64,000 bases of DNA from Diplonema japonicum. Lineage: Eukaryota; Protista; Euglenozoa: Diplonemea. Made by a program: the position numbers and the translations under genes. Shown piece after piece: positions 22,001 to 33,363 of this stretch. Within the stretch, counting starts at the first letter, position 1; each line of letters opens with the position of its first letter. The notes under the pieces were generated by a model. The model was not told the origin of the DNA. It saw nothing but the letters and a program-made list of their open reading frames with translations, and ran no database searches. The DNA is taken from positions 310,001 through 374,000 of the forward strand of contig OZ025654.1 of the NCBI GenBank assembly GCA_964019335.1, given 5' to 3'.

Positions 22001-24447
22001 TCCAAAAGCAGCTGGCCGAACTCAGCATAGATGCGCGTATGATGGGCTTCGGTGTCAGGTGCCATACGCATCTCACGTAGCAGACGTTTGCCTGCAGCTC
22101 TCCTCCACGAGCAGCACAGAACTGCTCCAAGCACGACAGACGCCATGTCAAACAAGCAAAGCTTCACCTGCCGCCAGACACCCTTTAGCCTTGCTGCATA
22201 GTCATGTTTTCTGCGCTGCGCGTCTACAGCCTTCGCGATCCTCCAGAGAGACAGCGGCAATCCCAAGATGATAGGGATGTCGTAGATGAGGCACCACATG
22301 TTTGACAAGATAATCCAGTGGGGGGAAAGCACATTCGTTTCCTTTGAGGAAGCGTACGCACGTAGCTGCGTCCGTGTGGTGCGAGCCTGCCAAAGAGTCA
22401 CCATGAGGATCAAGAACACAGGCAGGCAAACAATATCAAACCACGCTGCGTAGGTGTTCTGCTTTACAAGCTGCTTCCTTCCAATGTTGTTCACATCGCG
22501 AAGCAACTTCAACGTATGGGGGAAGCGCCATAACGAAGCATAGATGTGCACCGTGAGCCGAATCCCAATGACGCCCGACAAGGCACTCCTGATGACGATT
22601 TGTCTCTTGGCGACAGGGCAGCCTGTTCTGCAAAGTGCCTTGAGCATCGGGTGATACTCCCACAAAGTGAAGCACACTACAGGGTAGCACACAATGCAAG
22701 CTACGTCCAACAGGAAAAGCTTCAGGGAGCGCCCGGCCTCGTAACGAAGATCAACTGACTTGCCAGCAAAGTATTCCGCAAGCCATGGGAGCGTGGACCT
22801 GTGAGTGGCCAAGGTCGCACACCCCATAAGGAGATAGGGGAGGTCGATGATGACCTGCTTGCTTTGTTCGAATATGACATAATGCTCCCTTTGCAATACC
22901 TGCTCTGAGTACTCTCGGCGTGCCACAAAGCTTCTGTAGCAGGCGGGCAGCCTGTAGAAAGTGCCGAGAAGAAGAACTACACAAGGAATAGACATCACAT
23001 CACACTTAAAGCGGTCCAATTGCATGTAGCAGTATGCCCGTCTTTCAACTGCATTGCAAGAAAAAAGCAGCAGCCGCATCAGGTTAGGGCCCCTCCATGT
23101 ACACATGGTAGCAGCCCCCATAAACATGTAAGGGAAGTCCACCTTCATCGCATCGTACTGAGTGCAGCATGACTTGTTGATCTCTTCAATGGTGCTGCCA
23201 GAGATGCGTTTTGCACGGTATCCTAGTAGCAGGACAACGACCCCCTTCAGCCACCCTGGGAACTCCGAGACGACAAGTTTGCACTGCTCGAACAGCGAAT
23301 TATGAGTCCCTACCCAATAGAAGGCAGGGGAGGACGCTCTGCTGCGGATAATCTCAACGCACTTAGGAAGTCGGTACAACGTAGGGAGAACTGTCAGAAG
23401 CAGCGCAATGACGGTGCGTGCATCGTACCACATCAAGCGGAGCGAATGGTATGCAATCTCCCTCCTCGAGTTCTCATCCGCGTCGTGCCACCCGAAGCGA
23501 TACATGCTGTGGTACATAAAAGGTGCACGGAAGATGGTCAGCGTGACGACAACCGCTTGGAGCACCCTGACGACACACCGAGGCGACTCGCTGAGCAGTT
23601 TGAATGCTAAATCCTGACGCGGTTTGATAGGAATCACACCCAGCGGTTCATAACGAGGGGCTAAGGTATAGGTGTACCTGCGTAGAAAACCTGGGATGAG
23701 ATACGGCCGCGAAACCAACAAGGCACAGACGGTGAGGCACATCAGCCCGAACTCTTTTAAAGAGCTGACAAACTCCCCATAGACAGCGGTGAAGAAGTCG
23801 GGGAGTTCGTTCTTTGTGTGCCGCCACAAGGGAAGCAAACGGTGAGCACGCACTCCACAGGCAAGAATACCTAGGATAGCAGGGATAGAAGCCCACATGC
23901 ATATTGTAGAACGAGCACGCGTTTGTATGAACTTACGATATGTCTGGTGCGGTGGTAAGGCGCGAAACAGATTAGGAAGTGACTTAGCATCGACAAGACC
24001 GAAAGCAATAAGAAGAATGAGGAACAAGTGCAGTCCGTCCAAGGAAACCTCCTTTACAGCAGAGGTGAATGAACGGATGAGGCTCCGGTTCGCCCGTTGA
24101 GACGACATGTTAGCAATAATGCCGTGACACACGAAGAGGAGGGTCGCGCACGACAACCAGTTACCTTCGTAGGCGTAATATACAGATGCAGGGCCCGTGC
24201 AGGCTGCTAGGTATGCTGCAACAACAAACACCGCCGAGAGCATTCTCAACACAGCTGTAACTGAGTACCCACTTTCCGCCTTCTTTAGACAATCCCGTTC
24301 ATGGATCGATTCACACATCACCAGTGCTGCCCACACCACCACCCATAGTACCCATTTAACGGCATTCCATACCTTCACTATCAACCGAGAAAGGAACTCC
24401 AACAGAAGCAGCACTAAGGGTTTTCGGTTTGTCTTGTCTCCTTTCAT
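19075..24447 (-). CDS. Large (1790 aa) multi-pass or repeat protein with an internal F-box
   Basis: Many repeats of D(I/L)P-hydrophobic-T.(W/Y)R.P; F-box-like LLPYDVMGNVLSFV..ERTKMGEVSSDWYEVS..DDW; hydrophobic C-terminus. Confidence 0.75.
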   Translation of the reverse strand: MKGDKTNRKPLVLLLLEFLSRLIVKVWNAVKWVLWVVVWAALVMCESIHERDCLKKAESGYSVTAVLRMLSAVFVVAAYLAACTGPASVYYAYEGNWLSCATLLFVCHGIIANMSSQRANRSLIRSFTSAVKEVSLDGLHLFLILLIAFGLVDAKSLPNLFRALPPHQTYRKFIQTRARSTICMWASIPAILGILACGVRAHRLLPLWRHTKNELPDFFTAVYGEFVSSLKEFGLMCLTVCALLVSRPYLIPGFLRRYTYTLAPRYEPLGVIPIKPRQDLAFKLLSESPRCVVRVLQAVVVTLTIFRAPFMYHSMYRFGWHDADENSRREIAYHSLRLMWYDARTVIALLLTVLPTLYRLPKCVEIIRSRASSPAFYWVGTHNSLFEQCKLVVSEFPGWLKGVVVLLLGYRAKRISGSTIEEINKSCCTQYDAMKVDFPYMFMGAATMCTWRGPNLMRLLLFSCNAVERRAYCYMQLDRFKCDVMSIPCVVLLLGTFYRLPACYRSFVARREYSEQVLQREHYVIFEQSKQVIIDLPYLLMGCATLATHRSTLPWLAEYFAGKSVDLRYEAGRSLKLFLLDVACIVCYPVVCFTLWEYHPMLKALCRTGCPVAKRQIVIRSALSGVIGIRLTVHIYASLWRFPHTLKLLRDVNNIGRKQLVKQNTYAAWFDIVCLPVFLILMVTLWQARTTRTQLRAYASSKETNVLSPHWIILSNMWCLIYDIPIILGLPLSLWRIAKAVDAQRRKHDYAARLKGVWRQVKLCLFDMASVVLGAVLCCSWRRAAGKRLLREMRMAPDTEAHHTRIYAEFGQLLLDIPYAVMALCCLWRATSLWKTHEPDQALSDRRADINRELLACVADILSIFAILLTSLVPWNTASMLVEMYTLVVGLFKAEEANTDPVATVLSASTCFPTDMVCGGNMCGIRMTVQISKPKDLRFADLKMSVEGSAIWEGLAKSYGSVVKAAKCSLFPLKLTPKLCDLSAVNMDGETCKFSFELGTGRQGTQGIAQETIVSALRGLKEKDTVFALKLSTENGVLCMVKLAAQDILNQSTRLERHAEVEVAVGEEGCQLHVSAQKCVLCLWPMLPLELISLALTCVVFWRLPVFLRILFTGDRDIPTRLAMCKRAMLKFVMDIIGICCLGIIVITMWRLPSLVYESRKTGRVKRAVRNQMAEWLRDVVQLLQLLFIFGTLNMVPALAIRLKNMFLYNRSIRPLFKFLKKNKQPGDDEEERPPLLPYDVMGNVLSFVNPVERTKMGEVSSDWYEVSSREDDWMHIYKLFLEDLMGKKKKRRIAKELIKDVKDDEVVSWKSLFITLYQKVYTKRKQVPRHVLDSKQGYRFVINDEFLQAWTNLPHFFLIPLKLAGVGFAVPVYTIVYFLFVARKAKSAKYGIAHREHLFFADLLREMKLHATYWGAHMLLPFAMLAAICAFTSLVSYVLHVFQVISGFCLTLKVDSWHSRFPALGDIVMGVGCPAWVLLQLYVLWTGMPAGYGWSWEWIAGWAMYILSWGSPFLGIAMWVIQHASVAASWVAGTFLNQIVPFIPWGGAALDTLQDAVLHTGEHGLLSVYFASLKDTLEAVLPIVEQAAVAGLDSIRPGTEIVPLHLLFMPFEILLTTEGLFLKYMYVATFGTGIHLTFLTTVITYLGPLIIRVLWLLSFVFAGVRTEETVSARSPSGARPLRLYSLPFKIARAVVKFGIRVLAKARKVFLRFLVQVLKAYSSILVTSTRVCFRLGFFGDILLIPMTLVWTSWSMLVPYYQGDASLYLTSVMLTGFLVTEAKQTIRKNWQ

Positions 24448-25247
24448 TTTTCTTTTCTTTTTTTTCTTTTTTCCTCACACACACACCACCCCTCCTCTCC
24501 CCCTCCTTTTTTTTCTAAATTGAAAAAATAGTCACGTTGTTTTCATAAGTTATTCAAAACTTATTGATAAAATCACGGTACCTACTTTGACCAAAAAAAA
24601 ACGTGTAAAATCTTTGGAAAAAAACGAGACCATAGAGAAAATAGAGGGGGGAGAAAAAATGCTACGTTGTGCTTGGCTTAACCTTCAGACTTTTCTTGGC
24701 CTACGAAGGAAAGAAGAAAAAGTAAGAAGAAGGAAACAAAAAAAAAAAAAGAAAACATATGTCGCCAGCAGCGCTTTAAGAAAAAAAAAAGAAAGACATA
24801 TAAAGGACAATGTTGCAAGTAATCCGATTTTAAATCGTTGACAAAAAGAAAAAAAAAAGAAAAGAAAAGGCACTAATAAAAATAAAAAAATAAAAAAGCC
24901 TCCTCAAAGAGGGGCTTATTCTTAAATCCTTTTCTTTTTATTAAATTCTTTTTTCTTTTCTTTGCTTTCTGCTATTTCAAACAAAAAAAAAAAAAGAAAT
25001 AATAATTAGCCCCTTTCTTTAAAAAAAGAAGGATGACGGGGAGAGATAGGAAGAAAAAAAATATATCAAAAACTGACATTTCGATCCAAAATACAAGTAT
25101 CGGGCCCCCCATCGCCGTACGCGTAAGGCCGCGTAATATATAAGAAAAGGGCTCCTTTTCTTCTTTTTTGTCAAGCATCCTTGCGATGCAGAGGACCAGG
25201 GTAATCTTCGTCCTCGCGGGTTTGTCCATCACGGCGTGGTGTCGTGC

Positions 25248-27410
25248 TTAGAACATGAATGGTTCCTCATGGTACAGAATGGTGCTGGTAGAACAACGGA
25301 CAATTCTTTTGAATGGCGAAGTGAAGCCGGCTGGCCCGGAGAGACAAACACCAAGACGGCCATGCTCCTCAAGAAGGTTTGAAAACCACGAATCATAAAG
25401 GTCCACAGGCACCATCCTTCCAACGACACTAGTTAGTCGACCGACACCAACCGGAACCGCCACCGAAGCACCCCCCGTGACATGAATAGTAATCCCGAGC
25501 AGAGGCATTGAATTCAACAAACAGACAATATCAGGATAGAGCAGTTCAAATATAGCCGGGTCTCGAACGGACCAATGCAAATCGTAACGTGAGGAAGGGT
25601 TCGTGATAAACGAGAAAAGAGGAGTTATACCTATCCCACAGGCTGCTAGCAACATGGTGTCTACCTCACTGAAAGCCTCGGCTTCGGGTGAGGCTATCAA
25701 TCCCGAAACACGGATATGCGATGGCACCGATTGGATAATTGTGCCCGTGGACGTGTGTTGCCCTTTACTTTTTAAAACAACGTTGATTACCTTGCCGTCG
25801 CATTGCGTCACGGAAAACGGGTGGCCTTGGAGGCCGTCACGCGGGAAACGGAGTATAACATACGAACCGGGTTTGTTGCTTCCCCACTGGGCTCCGAAGG
25901 TTCGGATCGTGAGCTTGCAATACCCCGGAACGGTTCTCTTTTTTACGATCACACACCAGCCTTTTGAATCGTTCTGCACTTCTTCGATAAATCTCAGGAG
26001 TACTCCTGGGGTACAGAACGCTGTTAAAATATAGCTGTGCCAACATCCGAATCCAATAATTACGGCGGATAGCACCCAGTGGGGGTAGAGAAACAAATTG
26101 TAGCACCTCTTGCGAATAGGACGGATAGAAGTCAAGCACAGCAGGACGCAACTCCCCGCTGAAACAAAACCCGCCAACGGCGCCACGCCCTGAAGATCAC
26201 CCATTGACAACAGGTTCTCGGCGGGATATTTCACCATTCTTGTAACCGCGTGTAGCCCCATCCAGAAGACAATGGACGTACCGGTGTACTTGTGCAGCTC
26301 GATCGATTTGTTGAAAGGTGTCAAACGTTTGGGCGATGTTAGCAAGATGAAACCGAGAAGAACGGAAGCAACGGAGCCTGTTCCACGTCCGGTCCCCTTT
26401 GTTGAGAGGTATGAAAGAACTAGCATAGCTGTGATGAGAATAATGTCGAAGAAGAAGTTCTTCCGTGCCTTGACGCTTGGTGTGAAGGCTGTTAGGGAGA
26501 AGGCTGCAATAATCCCCCACGGGACCCATAGGCGTCCGAACTCGATGTTCGTGTTCAACAATCGTACTTCAAACGACCCGTCGGAAAACCTAACCGTTGC
26601 CAAGCCCCGTTGAACATGCCCGTCGATTCCAGACAATCCGACAGCCCAGATCACAGACTCTGTTGTTGGTGTGCTGCTCGTCCAGCTGTACCGTCTCGTA
26701 CCGTTGCCGAGCTCAATTTTAAGGTTTTCAAGAGGACGGTTGGGGTGAGGAGTTGGTCTGTTATATCCATTAGAACTTCCCACGGTGCATTTATCAACAT
26801 CACATAAGACCGTTTCAGCTGCTTCCATCGATGTCCCAAGACCAAACCCACACCAGAAGCCCTCGTCACACGTTAGAATGAACTGAGTTGTTGCCGTGTC
26901 CACACCGATTCCGCGCTCCCATTTCAGTTCGAAGCTCGGGGAGAACCTTGCAATATACACTGGTGTAGGCAGAGGTGGAGACAATGATGATGGGCTGTAC
27001 ACCATGGAACCCTTCGCGTAATGGGGTAGAAACGGGTAGTTCGGCAGTACCATCCCCGATCCCCATATAATGTGATTGGACATTTCAACAGGTGAATCCC
27101 ATTCGGCAGTGAAAGTACTCCCGAACACTGTGATGTTGGCCGGGACTGTGCTGACGTACTTTGGTGAGGCGTGGCCTGTGGAGAGCCTGTGTGTGCATTC
27201 TGTCTCACTGCATATTACCATGTCGCTGTTCTTCATGGTGAGGGAGCCGAACCCTACCCCGCACCAGGTACCTGTTTTACATTTGTATTTGTAGGCACCG
27301 CCATCGCCAATGGGCTCCATTGTGAAATCGTAGAATTGAATACTTTCTTGTATAGTGTGCGAAAGAGCATGTGTCACACAGGCGGCTAGAAAACAGATGC
27401 GGGGCGGCAT
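25248..27410 (-). CDS. Ferric-reductase-like flavocytochrome with two N-terminal DOMON domains
   Basis: Signal peptide MPPRICFLAAC; WCGVGFG..M..SD and WCGFGLG..M with distal His; TM His (ELHK, LHAV, PHW, WHS); HPFS (FAD); CGIGITP, SGP and HEEPF (NADPH). Confidence 0.88.
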   Translation of the reverse strand: MPPRICFLAACVTHALSHTIQESIQFYDFTMEPIGDGGAYKYKCKTGTWCGVGFGSLTMKNSDMVICSETECTHRLSTGHASPKYVSTVPANITVFGSTFTAEWDSPVEMSNHIIWGSGMVLPNYPFLPHYAKGSMVYSPSSLSPPLPTPVYIARFSPSFELKWERGIGVDTATTQFILTCDEGFWCGFGLGTSMEAAETVLCDVDKCTVGSSNGYNRPTPHPNRPLENLKIELGNGTRRYSWTSSTPTTESVIWAVGLSGIDGHVQRGLATVRFSDGSFEVRLLNTNIEFGRLWVPWGIIAAFSLTAFTPSVKARKNFFFDIILITAMLVLSYLSTKGTGRGTGSVASVLLGFILLTSPKRLTPFNKSIELHKYTGTSIVFWMGLHAVTRMVKYPAENLLSMGDLQGVAPLAGFVSAGSCVLLCLTSIRPIRKRCYNLFLYPHWVLSAVIIGFGCWHSYILTAFCTPGVLLRFIEEVQNDSKGWCVIVKKRTVPGYCKLTIRTFGAQWGSNKPGSYVILRFPRDGLQGHPFSVTQCDGKVINVVLKSKGQHTSTGTIIQSVPSHIRVSGLIASPEAEAFSEVDTMLLAACGIGITPLFSFITNPSSRYDLHWSVRDPAIFELLYPDIVCLLNSMPLLGITIHVTGGASVAVPVGVGRLTSVVGRMVPVDLYDSWFSNLLEEHGRLGVCLSGPAGFTSPFKRIVRCSTSTILYHEEPFMF

Positions 27411-27960
27411 TGACTGTGCTTTTTTCTTTTCTTTCAAACCTGTAAAATAACAGAATGGTGTAAAAACAACAAAAAGAAAAAGAAAATCCTTTTATTTTTT
27501 TTTTCCATATTTTCTTCTTTTGTTTCTTCTCTCTCCGGGTCGAAAAAAAAAGGGGGGGGGAGGGTAAGTTTCTTCTTTCAAAAAGAAATCTTTTGTTTGT
27601 TTCCCCCTTTTTTTTATTTCACATAAAAAAAAAAGAAAAAAAAAAAGAGGGGGACAAAAAAAAGAGCACTGTACCCTCACAATAGAAATAACATACATTA
27701 GCTCACTCATTATACGGGTAGGTATTTCTTTTTTTTTTTTTTTCCCCTCTTCTTTCTTCTTCCCCATTAAAAAAAAAAAGGATCCTCTCTCTTGTTAAGG
27801 GGGTGAGGGGATTGGCAGAATTTATTTTTCTTTAATGTTAAAGATGAAAAGAATGTTCACTCTTTTCCTACGGATGTGGGGGGAAAGACTGTTAAAAAAA
27901 AAAAAAAGAAAACATCGCAAGTTACACAACGCCACGCAAAATTAAAAAAAAAAAAAAGAA

Positions 27961-27994
27961 AATCAGATTGTTAACCGTTTGGTACTACATAATT
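27961..27994. repeat. Short dispersed repeat, copy 1 of 2 (other at 54129-54164)
   Basis: AATCAGATTGTTAACCGTTTGGTACTACATAATT vs AATCAGATTGTTAACAGTGTCTGGTACTACACAATT. Confidence 0.7.
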
Positions 27995-28181
27995 GTAGAA
28001 AAAGAATAGCACATGGAAGCGAGAGAAAATTAAGAATTTGGGCAAGTTACTCAATGGTGCGCAACGGGTAGACAACTCTTGTCTAATAAGAGGTGTTCAG
28101 TTGCTCGTAAAGCTTCCAACAACACTCCCTTTTCTCTACTTCCAATTTTTTTTTTTTTCAATTCGTGAAAAATCAAGGGGT

Positions 28182-28236
28182 AAAAAAAGGAGTCGGCTGA
28201 TTTGTTGTAAACGGACAAAGCTGCCTCTACTTTTTT
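28182..28236 (+). mobile_element. Internally deleted AGAGT...ACTCT-family copy
   Basis: GGAGTCGGCTGATT...ACGGACAAAGCTGCCTCTACTTTT matches the ends of the 18701 and 47713 copies. Confidence 0.5.
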
Positions 28237-28388
28237 ATTTTTTATTTTTTATTTTATTTATTTTTTTTTTCTCTTTTTTTTTTGCAAAATAATTGTATAT
28301 CAAAAAAAAATCTTGTTCGGTGTGTTTTTCTCTTTTCCTTCTTTTCTTCTTTTTTTTCTTTTCTTTGAAAAAAAAAAAAAAAAGTCTT

Positions 28389-30384
28389 TCATTCAACAGT
28401 AACGGACTTTGCAAGGTTTCGAGGGCAATCAACATTCAAACCACGAAGAACCTGAATTTTTATTTCTCCCCCCCCCCCCCTACAACCATACCGCAAGGTG
28501 GTAAGCAAGCAGCTGCAGAGGTATAACGTTTATCAAAGGCTGCAAGCAGTCAACAGTCTTGGGCAACATAACAGTCTGCGAAGCCGACTCCATGTCAGGA
28601 TCGGCTTCTGAAAGGAAGACAATGGGACGCCCCTTCCTGGATAGAATCTGCTGCAGCGAAGACTTCACCTTCAGGTAAAGCTCGTCCTTTGACGCCATCA
28701 TTATAACAGGCATGTTTTCATCAATAAGAGCAAGCGGGCCGTGCTTGAGCTCCCCCGCAAGAATGCCTTCAGTGTGGATGTATGCCAGCTCCTTGATCTT
28801 CAGAGCCCCTTCCAAACAGGTTGCGTACTGGTACCCACGTCCCATTAGAAGAATCGAACGCTCGTTTTGAAGCGCTTTTGCCAAGGATTTCATTTCATCA
28901 TCGAGGTCAAGCGCCTTCCTCATGGTTTCTGATATGTTCTGCAGGCCTTTAAAGATGTCGCTACGGCGTTCCTTCTTGGAAATGGAGTCTTCAGACAGAA
29001 GCAAGGCCAGCATTAAGTAGCAAACGATTTGAGATGTATAAGCTTTGGTGCTAGCAACACCGACTTCACATCCTGCGTTGATGTGCGTTCCGCAGTCTGT
29101 GATACGAGCTATCGATGAACCAACGGTGTTGCAAAAGCCGACGCAAAGCGCTTGCTTTTCTTTGCAGTATTCTAGGCAGCGGAGCGTATCGGCGGTTTCA
29201 CCAGACTGGCTTACAAAGCATACCACATCGTCTCGGAACACAGGTGGTGTCCGGTCGTTGAAATCAGACGCGAGCTCAATGGTAACAGGGACGTCGATGA
29301 GCTCCTCGAGGATGGAACGGCACGCGACCGCTGAGTAGTACGACGACCCGCACCCGATGAACACGATCCGCCTCGCGCGTTTGATCTGCTCTTTAATGCT
29401 TCCCTTGAACCCACCCAACGTCACCGTTTGGCTTTTGAAATCGATCCTCCCACGCATAGTGTTGACAATGGACTCCGGCTGTTCGAAGATCTCCTTCTGC
29501 ATGAAATGAGAGTATTTCCCTTTGCGAATACTCTCAATCTCCATTTCCAAGGTGTGCAATGCACGAAGAGGAAGCTCCTTACGTTGTTCCGAACTGGTGT
29601 TGATCAACCTCATATCACCGTTGGAAACATGGACGAGATCGTTGTCCTCGAGGTACATCACACGGCGGGTGTGCTCAACAAGTGATGTTGCGTCGGAGGA
29701 AAAGAATATTTCAACACCCGACGAGGTGGATGTAGAAGCCGGGTGGGCATTTCCCGAGAGGCCGACGATCAACGGGGAACCCCTTTTACAGGCAACGACT
29801 TCATTAGGGTAGTGTCTCGACTTCACGACAAGCGCAAAGGCGCCTTCGAGATGGTCAAGCACGTTCATGACAAGCTCCGAAAAGCTCAAAAGTTTGTCGT
29901 CAGACTCTGTTGACTCATCGTAAGAGTACTTCAGCAGCATGGCTATGGTCTCCGTGTCCGTGTCTGTCTTGAACACAAAACCGTGTTTTGAAAGAACGGT
30001 TCTCAGAGCGGCGTAGTTGGTAATGATCCCGTTGTGCACCACTACGAAGTCGTTCTCGTCGTTGGAGGTAATCGGGTGGCTGTTCTTGTCGCAAGGTTCT
30101 CCGTGTGTCGCCCACCTCGTGTGGGAGATTCCCAGGTGGCTTTTTACTACTCTCTGCTTGTTGTTCTCCCAGTTTTTGTCGGATTGGGCCGCGGCTTCCA
30201 GAACCCGCACAGGTCCGACCTTTTTGAGAATCGTCATGCTGCCTTGGTCGCCCCCGTCGAAGCATATCCCCGCAGAGTCATACCCTCTGTACTCCAGCCT
30301 CTTCAAACCGTTTATGAGGATCTGCATAATCTCACGGAGGGTGCGCTCCTTATCATAGTTCAAGTATGCAAAGATCCCGCACAT
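28389..30384 (-). CDS. GFAT: Glutamine--fructose-6-phosphate aminotransferase; join(28492..30384,28389..28451), 651 aa
   Basis: MCGIF start, LEYRGYDSAG, HTRWATHG, SQSGETAD, ASTKAYTSQ, ELKHGPLAL; the canonical C-terminus VLRGLNVDCPRNLAKSVTVE is recovered after intron removal. Confidence 0.97.
28452..28491 (-). other. Spliceosomal intron, 40 nt, G-run/A-rich
   Basis: GTATGG...G-run...AAAATTCAG; required for the conserved GFAT C-terminus. Confidence 0.93.
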
Positions 30385-30522
30385 TTTCTTTTTCCTTTCT
30401 TTTTTCTTAATTCTTTTTATTTTTTGTAAGGATATCCGACCTTATCACAAGAAAAAAGAAAAAAAAAAAAAACACTTTTAAAAAAAAAAGAAAGTACACT
30501 TATACTCCATATTCCTGATGCG

Positions 30523-31289
30523 CTACGCCAGGCCTCTGTAAGAGATATTCCTTGTGTAGACACCCTTCTGGCCCTTCGCGAAGATGTAGGACTGCCCCTT
30601 CGCCAAGGAGTACATGTACATAACACGACCCTTTCGGGGCCTGGGCGGCTTTCTCTTACGCGGGTTCCACATTGGAAACTGGACATCCCAGTCGAGGTCT
30701 GGGACGGGAACATCTTGTCGGAGCTGTTTGGTGAGGTCTTCTCTGGTCTTGGGATCGAAGGTTCCGTCTAGCTGCATTCGGATACTGTCGATTCCCCAGT
30801 TAAGCTCTTTGCCAAACATCTTACGGGCTTCCACTGTGTATTTCTGCTGATCGAATGTTGCGTTGTTCTGGTCTCTAAGACCAGGAATGGGTCGTGTTCC
30901 TGGTGATTTTTAAATTTTTTTTTTTTTTTTTTCTTCCTTGTTCATTCTGCCATACCCAATTTCACAATATCGTCTTGACTCGGAAGCTTCAGATCTGGTA
31001 TGTACAATCTCTGAAACTCCAATTTGTGTGCAAGAGAAAGTTCCTTTTAAAAAGAGTTTAGGAGAGGGAATGAAATGCATACATGAGACCGCATAGATCC
31101 CAGCTTCTCTTCGTCTAGCGTTCTGTACATCCATGGGTCGGTGCTTTTGCTGGATGGCTGGTCAGAGGAGTCATCGGTTGTTGCAGCATCCCGCTCTTCT
31201 TGGGTCCTTCGTTTTAAATTCTTTAGGTTCATGATGCTAACCGCTCTCTGTTGCGCTCCCAGGCAGCTCCGGAGTACTGCCTTCATCAT
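30523..31289 (-). CDS. Probable mitochondrion-targeted protein (possibly mitoribosomal); join(31083..31289,30956..31043,30523..30899), 223 aa
   Basis: Presequence-like MMKAVLRSCLGAQQRAVS; two GT-AG introns (31044..31082 GTATGC..AAAG; 30900..30955 GTATGG..CCAG) give one open frame; basic C-terminus. Confidence 0.7.
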
Positions 31290-32264
31290 TTTCTTTTTAT
31301 AGAGGGTCCCCCCCTCCTCTCGCTCCTTTGAATGATGGGGGAACATATATATTGAGTAGAGAAATAAAGAAAGGGTTAACGGTTGATGGTTGCTTTTCCG
31401 GGTGGGTATTAATTTGTTGAAAGGAGAAGCCCAACAAATGTCACCCCCCCCCCTGTTCTTTTTTGTCAAGCAAAAGAAATAAAAAAAAAAGCCCCATGTA
31501 GGGGGGGGGGAGGTATTGGTAACAGTCCTATCGGAAAAGATTGAGAAAAAAGAGGAAAGAAAAAAATTTCTTTTTTCTTACGTTCTTCTTTCTTTTTTCC
31601 CTCCTGTTTTCTCCATTTTCTGAGCCGGTCCCACAATTGCCAAAAAGAGAAGAAATAAAAAAAAAAAAGAAAAAAAAGAAGAGAAAAAAAAAAAAAAAAG
31701 AACCATAGAATAAAATCATATGAAGAGGAAGGAACAGAAAAAACAGAGAAGAAGAAAAATCTGCTTCGCTCTCCTTCTCCTTTTTCTTATTCTTTCATTC
31801 CCATTTTACAAAGCAGCTTTTCTCAGTGACAACGGGGATCTTTTATTTGGAGATGGAAGGGAAAAAAAAGAAGAGGGGGTAAAACTAGTTTTTAGAACGG
31901 TAAAGGAAAGGCGATGATTGAAGGCAAAGGCCCACTAGAGGGCCACCCTTGAAAAAGATTCTCGAAACCTTGTTCTCTAAAAAAACAATAATCTCCCCAA
32001 AGAAAAAAAAAAAGAAATGATCATATTACTAAAAGAGCTTTTCATTACCATCACAACAATGTGTACAATTTTAACTTTAAAAAAAAAGGGGGGGGTAATA
32101 GTAAAACCATGGCTCACTCTTTTGGCAGTAAAGTAAGTATTTTCATTGCACCCTTTTCGAGTGAACAAAAAAAAAGTTCTAATAGTTTAGTAGCTTCTTT
32201 TTCATTTTAAAAAGTACGGTCACAGTGGACCCACTACCTCATTTCCTTCTTTTTATCATTTTTA

Positions 32265-33323
32265 TCAAATCTGTCTAACAGCCTCACCTGCGGCTCTCTG
32301 AGCAGCCTCAATCGCTCCTTCAATGTATCCTGGGTGCGAGAAAGATGTTTCCGTCCCAGCAAAGAGCAGCCTTCCGGAACAACAGGAGACCGACAACGAA
32401 GGGTTCGGGGACAAATGAAACATTCCCTGGTCATTGGGATCTTCGTTAATAAAGCGATCAGTCACCCAAGCATACTGCGTTACAGACGAAGGAGCTGAGG
32501 GGGCCTTCGAGGTACCCTGCGAAATAAATGCCATCGTCTGCTCAACTATCTGTGAATCCGTGTAATGCAGAGGTGAACAGAAGGCGACAATCACATTCTC
32601 CTTGCGGGTTGATGCGTCATAAAACTGGAACCCAGGGCCTCTCACGTAAGAGCTGCCAAAAACGTCGGCTGATTCCCAGAATCGTTCACTCCAGGTCATG
32701 ACAGTCTTGCTGACCTTAGACATCCAAGCAGGTGTGGCCCTCGCTGCGTTAGTCATCTCCCTTGGAAGCTGTGGATCAAAGGAAATAGTTTTCATGGTCA
32801 CCCTTGGCGGGGTGGCTATGATTACAACCTTCGCTTCGAGGTTCTCATTCTTTGTCGACACTTGCAGAACATTATCCTTGTGGGTGATCTTTGTGACAGG
32901 TGTGTTGGTCCTGACGGTGCCCGCGTCCAGCAGTTCAGCGATCTTTACGGGAAGCTGGTACATTCCTCCATCGACTCTGTCTTGGCCGGGGCCGGACCCA
33001 GGTTGCGGGATTCGTTTTAAACCCAGTTCGTCGATGAGCCTTGTGGACAAAGGGTTGTCCCTCGGCCATACCCAAGCACCACCGCCGTCGACGCCGTTCC
33101 TTCCCTTCAGCCTGCCTCCTATGGTGTCGCTGGCTTCTAAAACAGCTATTTTAAGACCCGCCTTCGCGCGCATGGTGCGCAGCGCCGCTACCATGCCCGA
33201 CAGCCCACCGCCGACTACTACTACGTCGTACAGCTCCGCCATGTTGCTCGAGGGGGCCTGCGTGGTGGGGCATGTTGTTGTTGCCGCTGCGAGAACAAAA
33301 ATAGAAGACACAAACACAAACAT
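32265..33323 (-). CDS. Flavin-containing (monoamine-type) amine oxidase with signal peptide
   Basis: DVVVVGGGLSG, VLEA..IGGR, DGGGAWV, LLFAGTET..HPGYIEGAIEAA; start at MFVFVSSIFVLAAA. Confidence 0.88.
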   Translation of the reverse strand: MFVFVSSIFVLAAATTTCPTTQAPSSNMAELYDVVVVGGGLSGMVAALRTMRAKAGLKIAVLEASDTIGGRLKGRNGVDGGGAWVWPRDNPLSTRLIDELGLKRIPQPGSGPGQDRVDGGMYQLPVKIAELLDAGTVRTNTPVTKITHKDNVLQVSTKNENLEAKVVIIATPPRVTMKTISFDPQLPREMTNAARATPAWMSKVSKTVMTWSERFWESADVFGSSYVRGPGFQFYDASTRKENVIVAFCSPLHYTDSQIVEQTMAFISQGTSKAPSAPSSVTQYAWVTDRFINEDPNDQGMFHLSPNPSLSVSCCSGRLLFAGTETSFSHPGYIEGAIEAAQRAAGEAVRQI

Positions 33324-33363
33324 TTCTTTTTCTTTTTCTTTTTCTCTCCCTGGTATGTAAATA

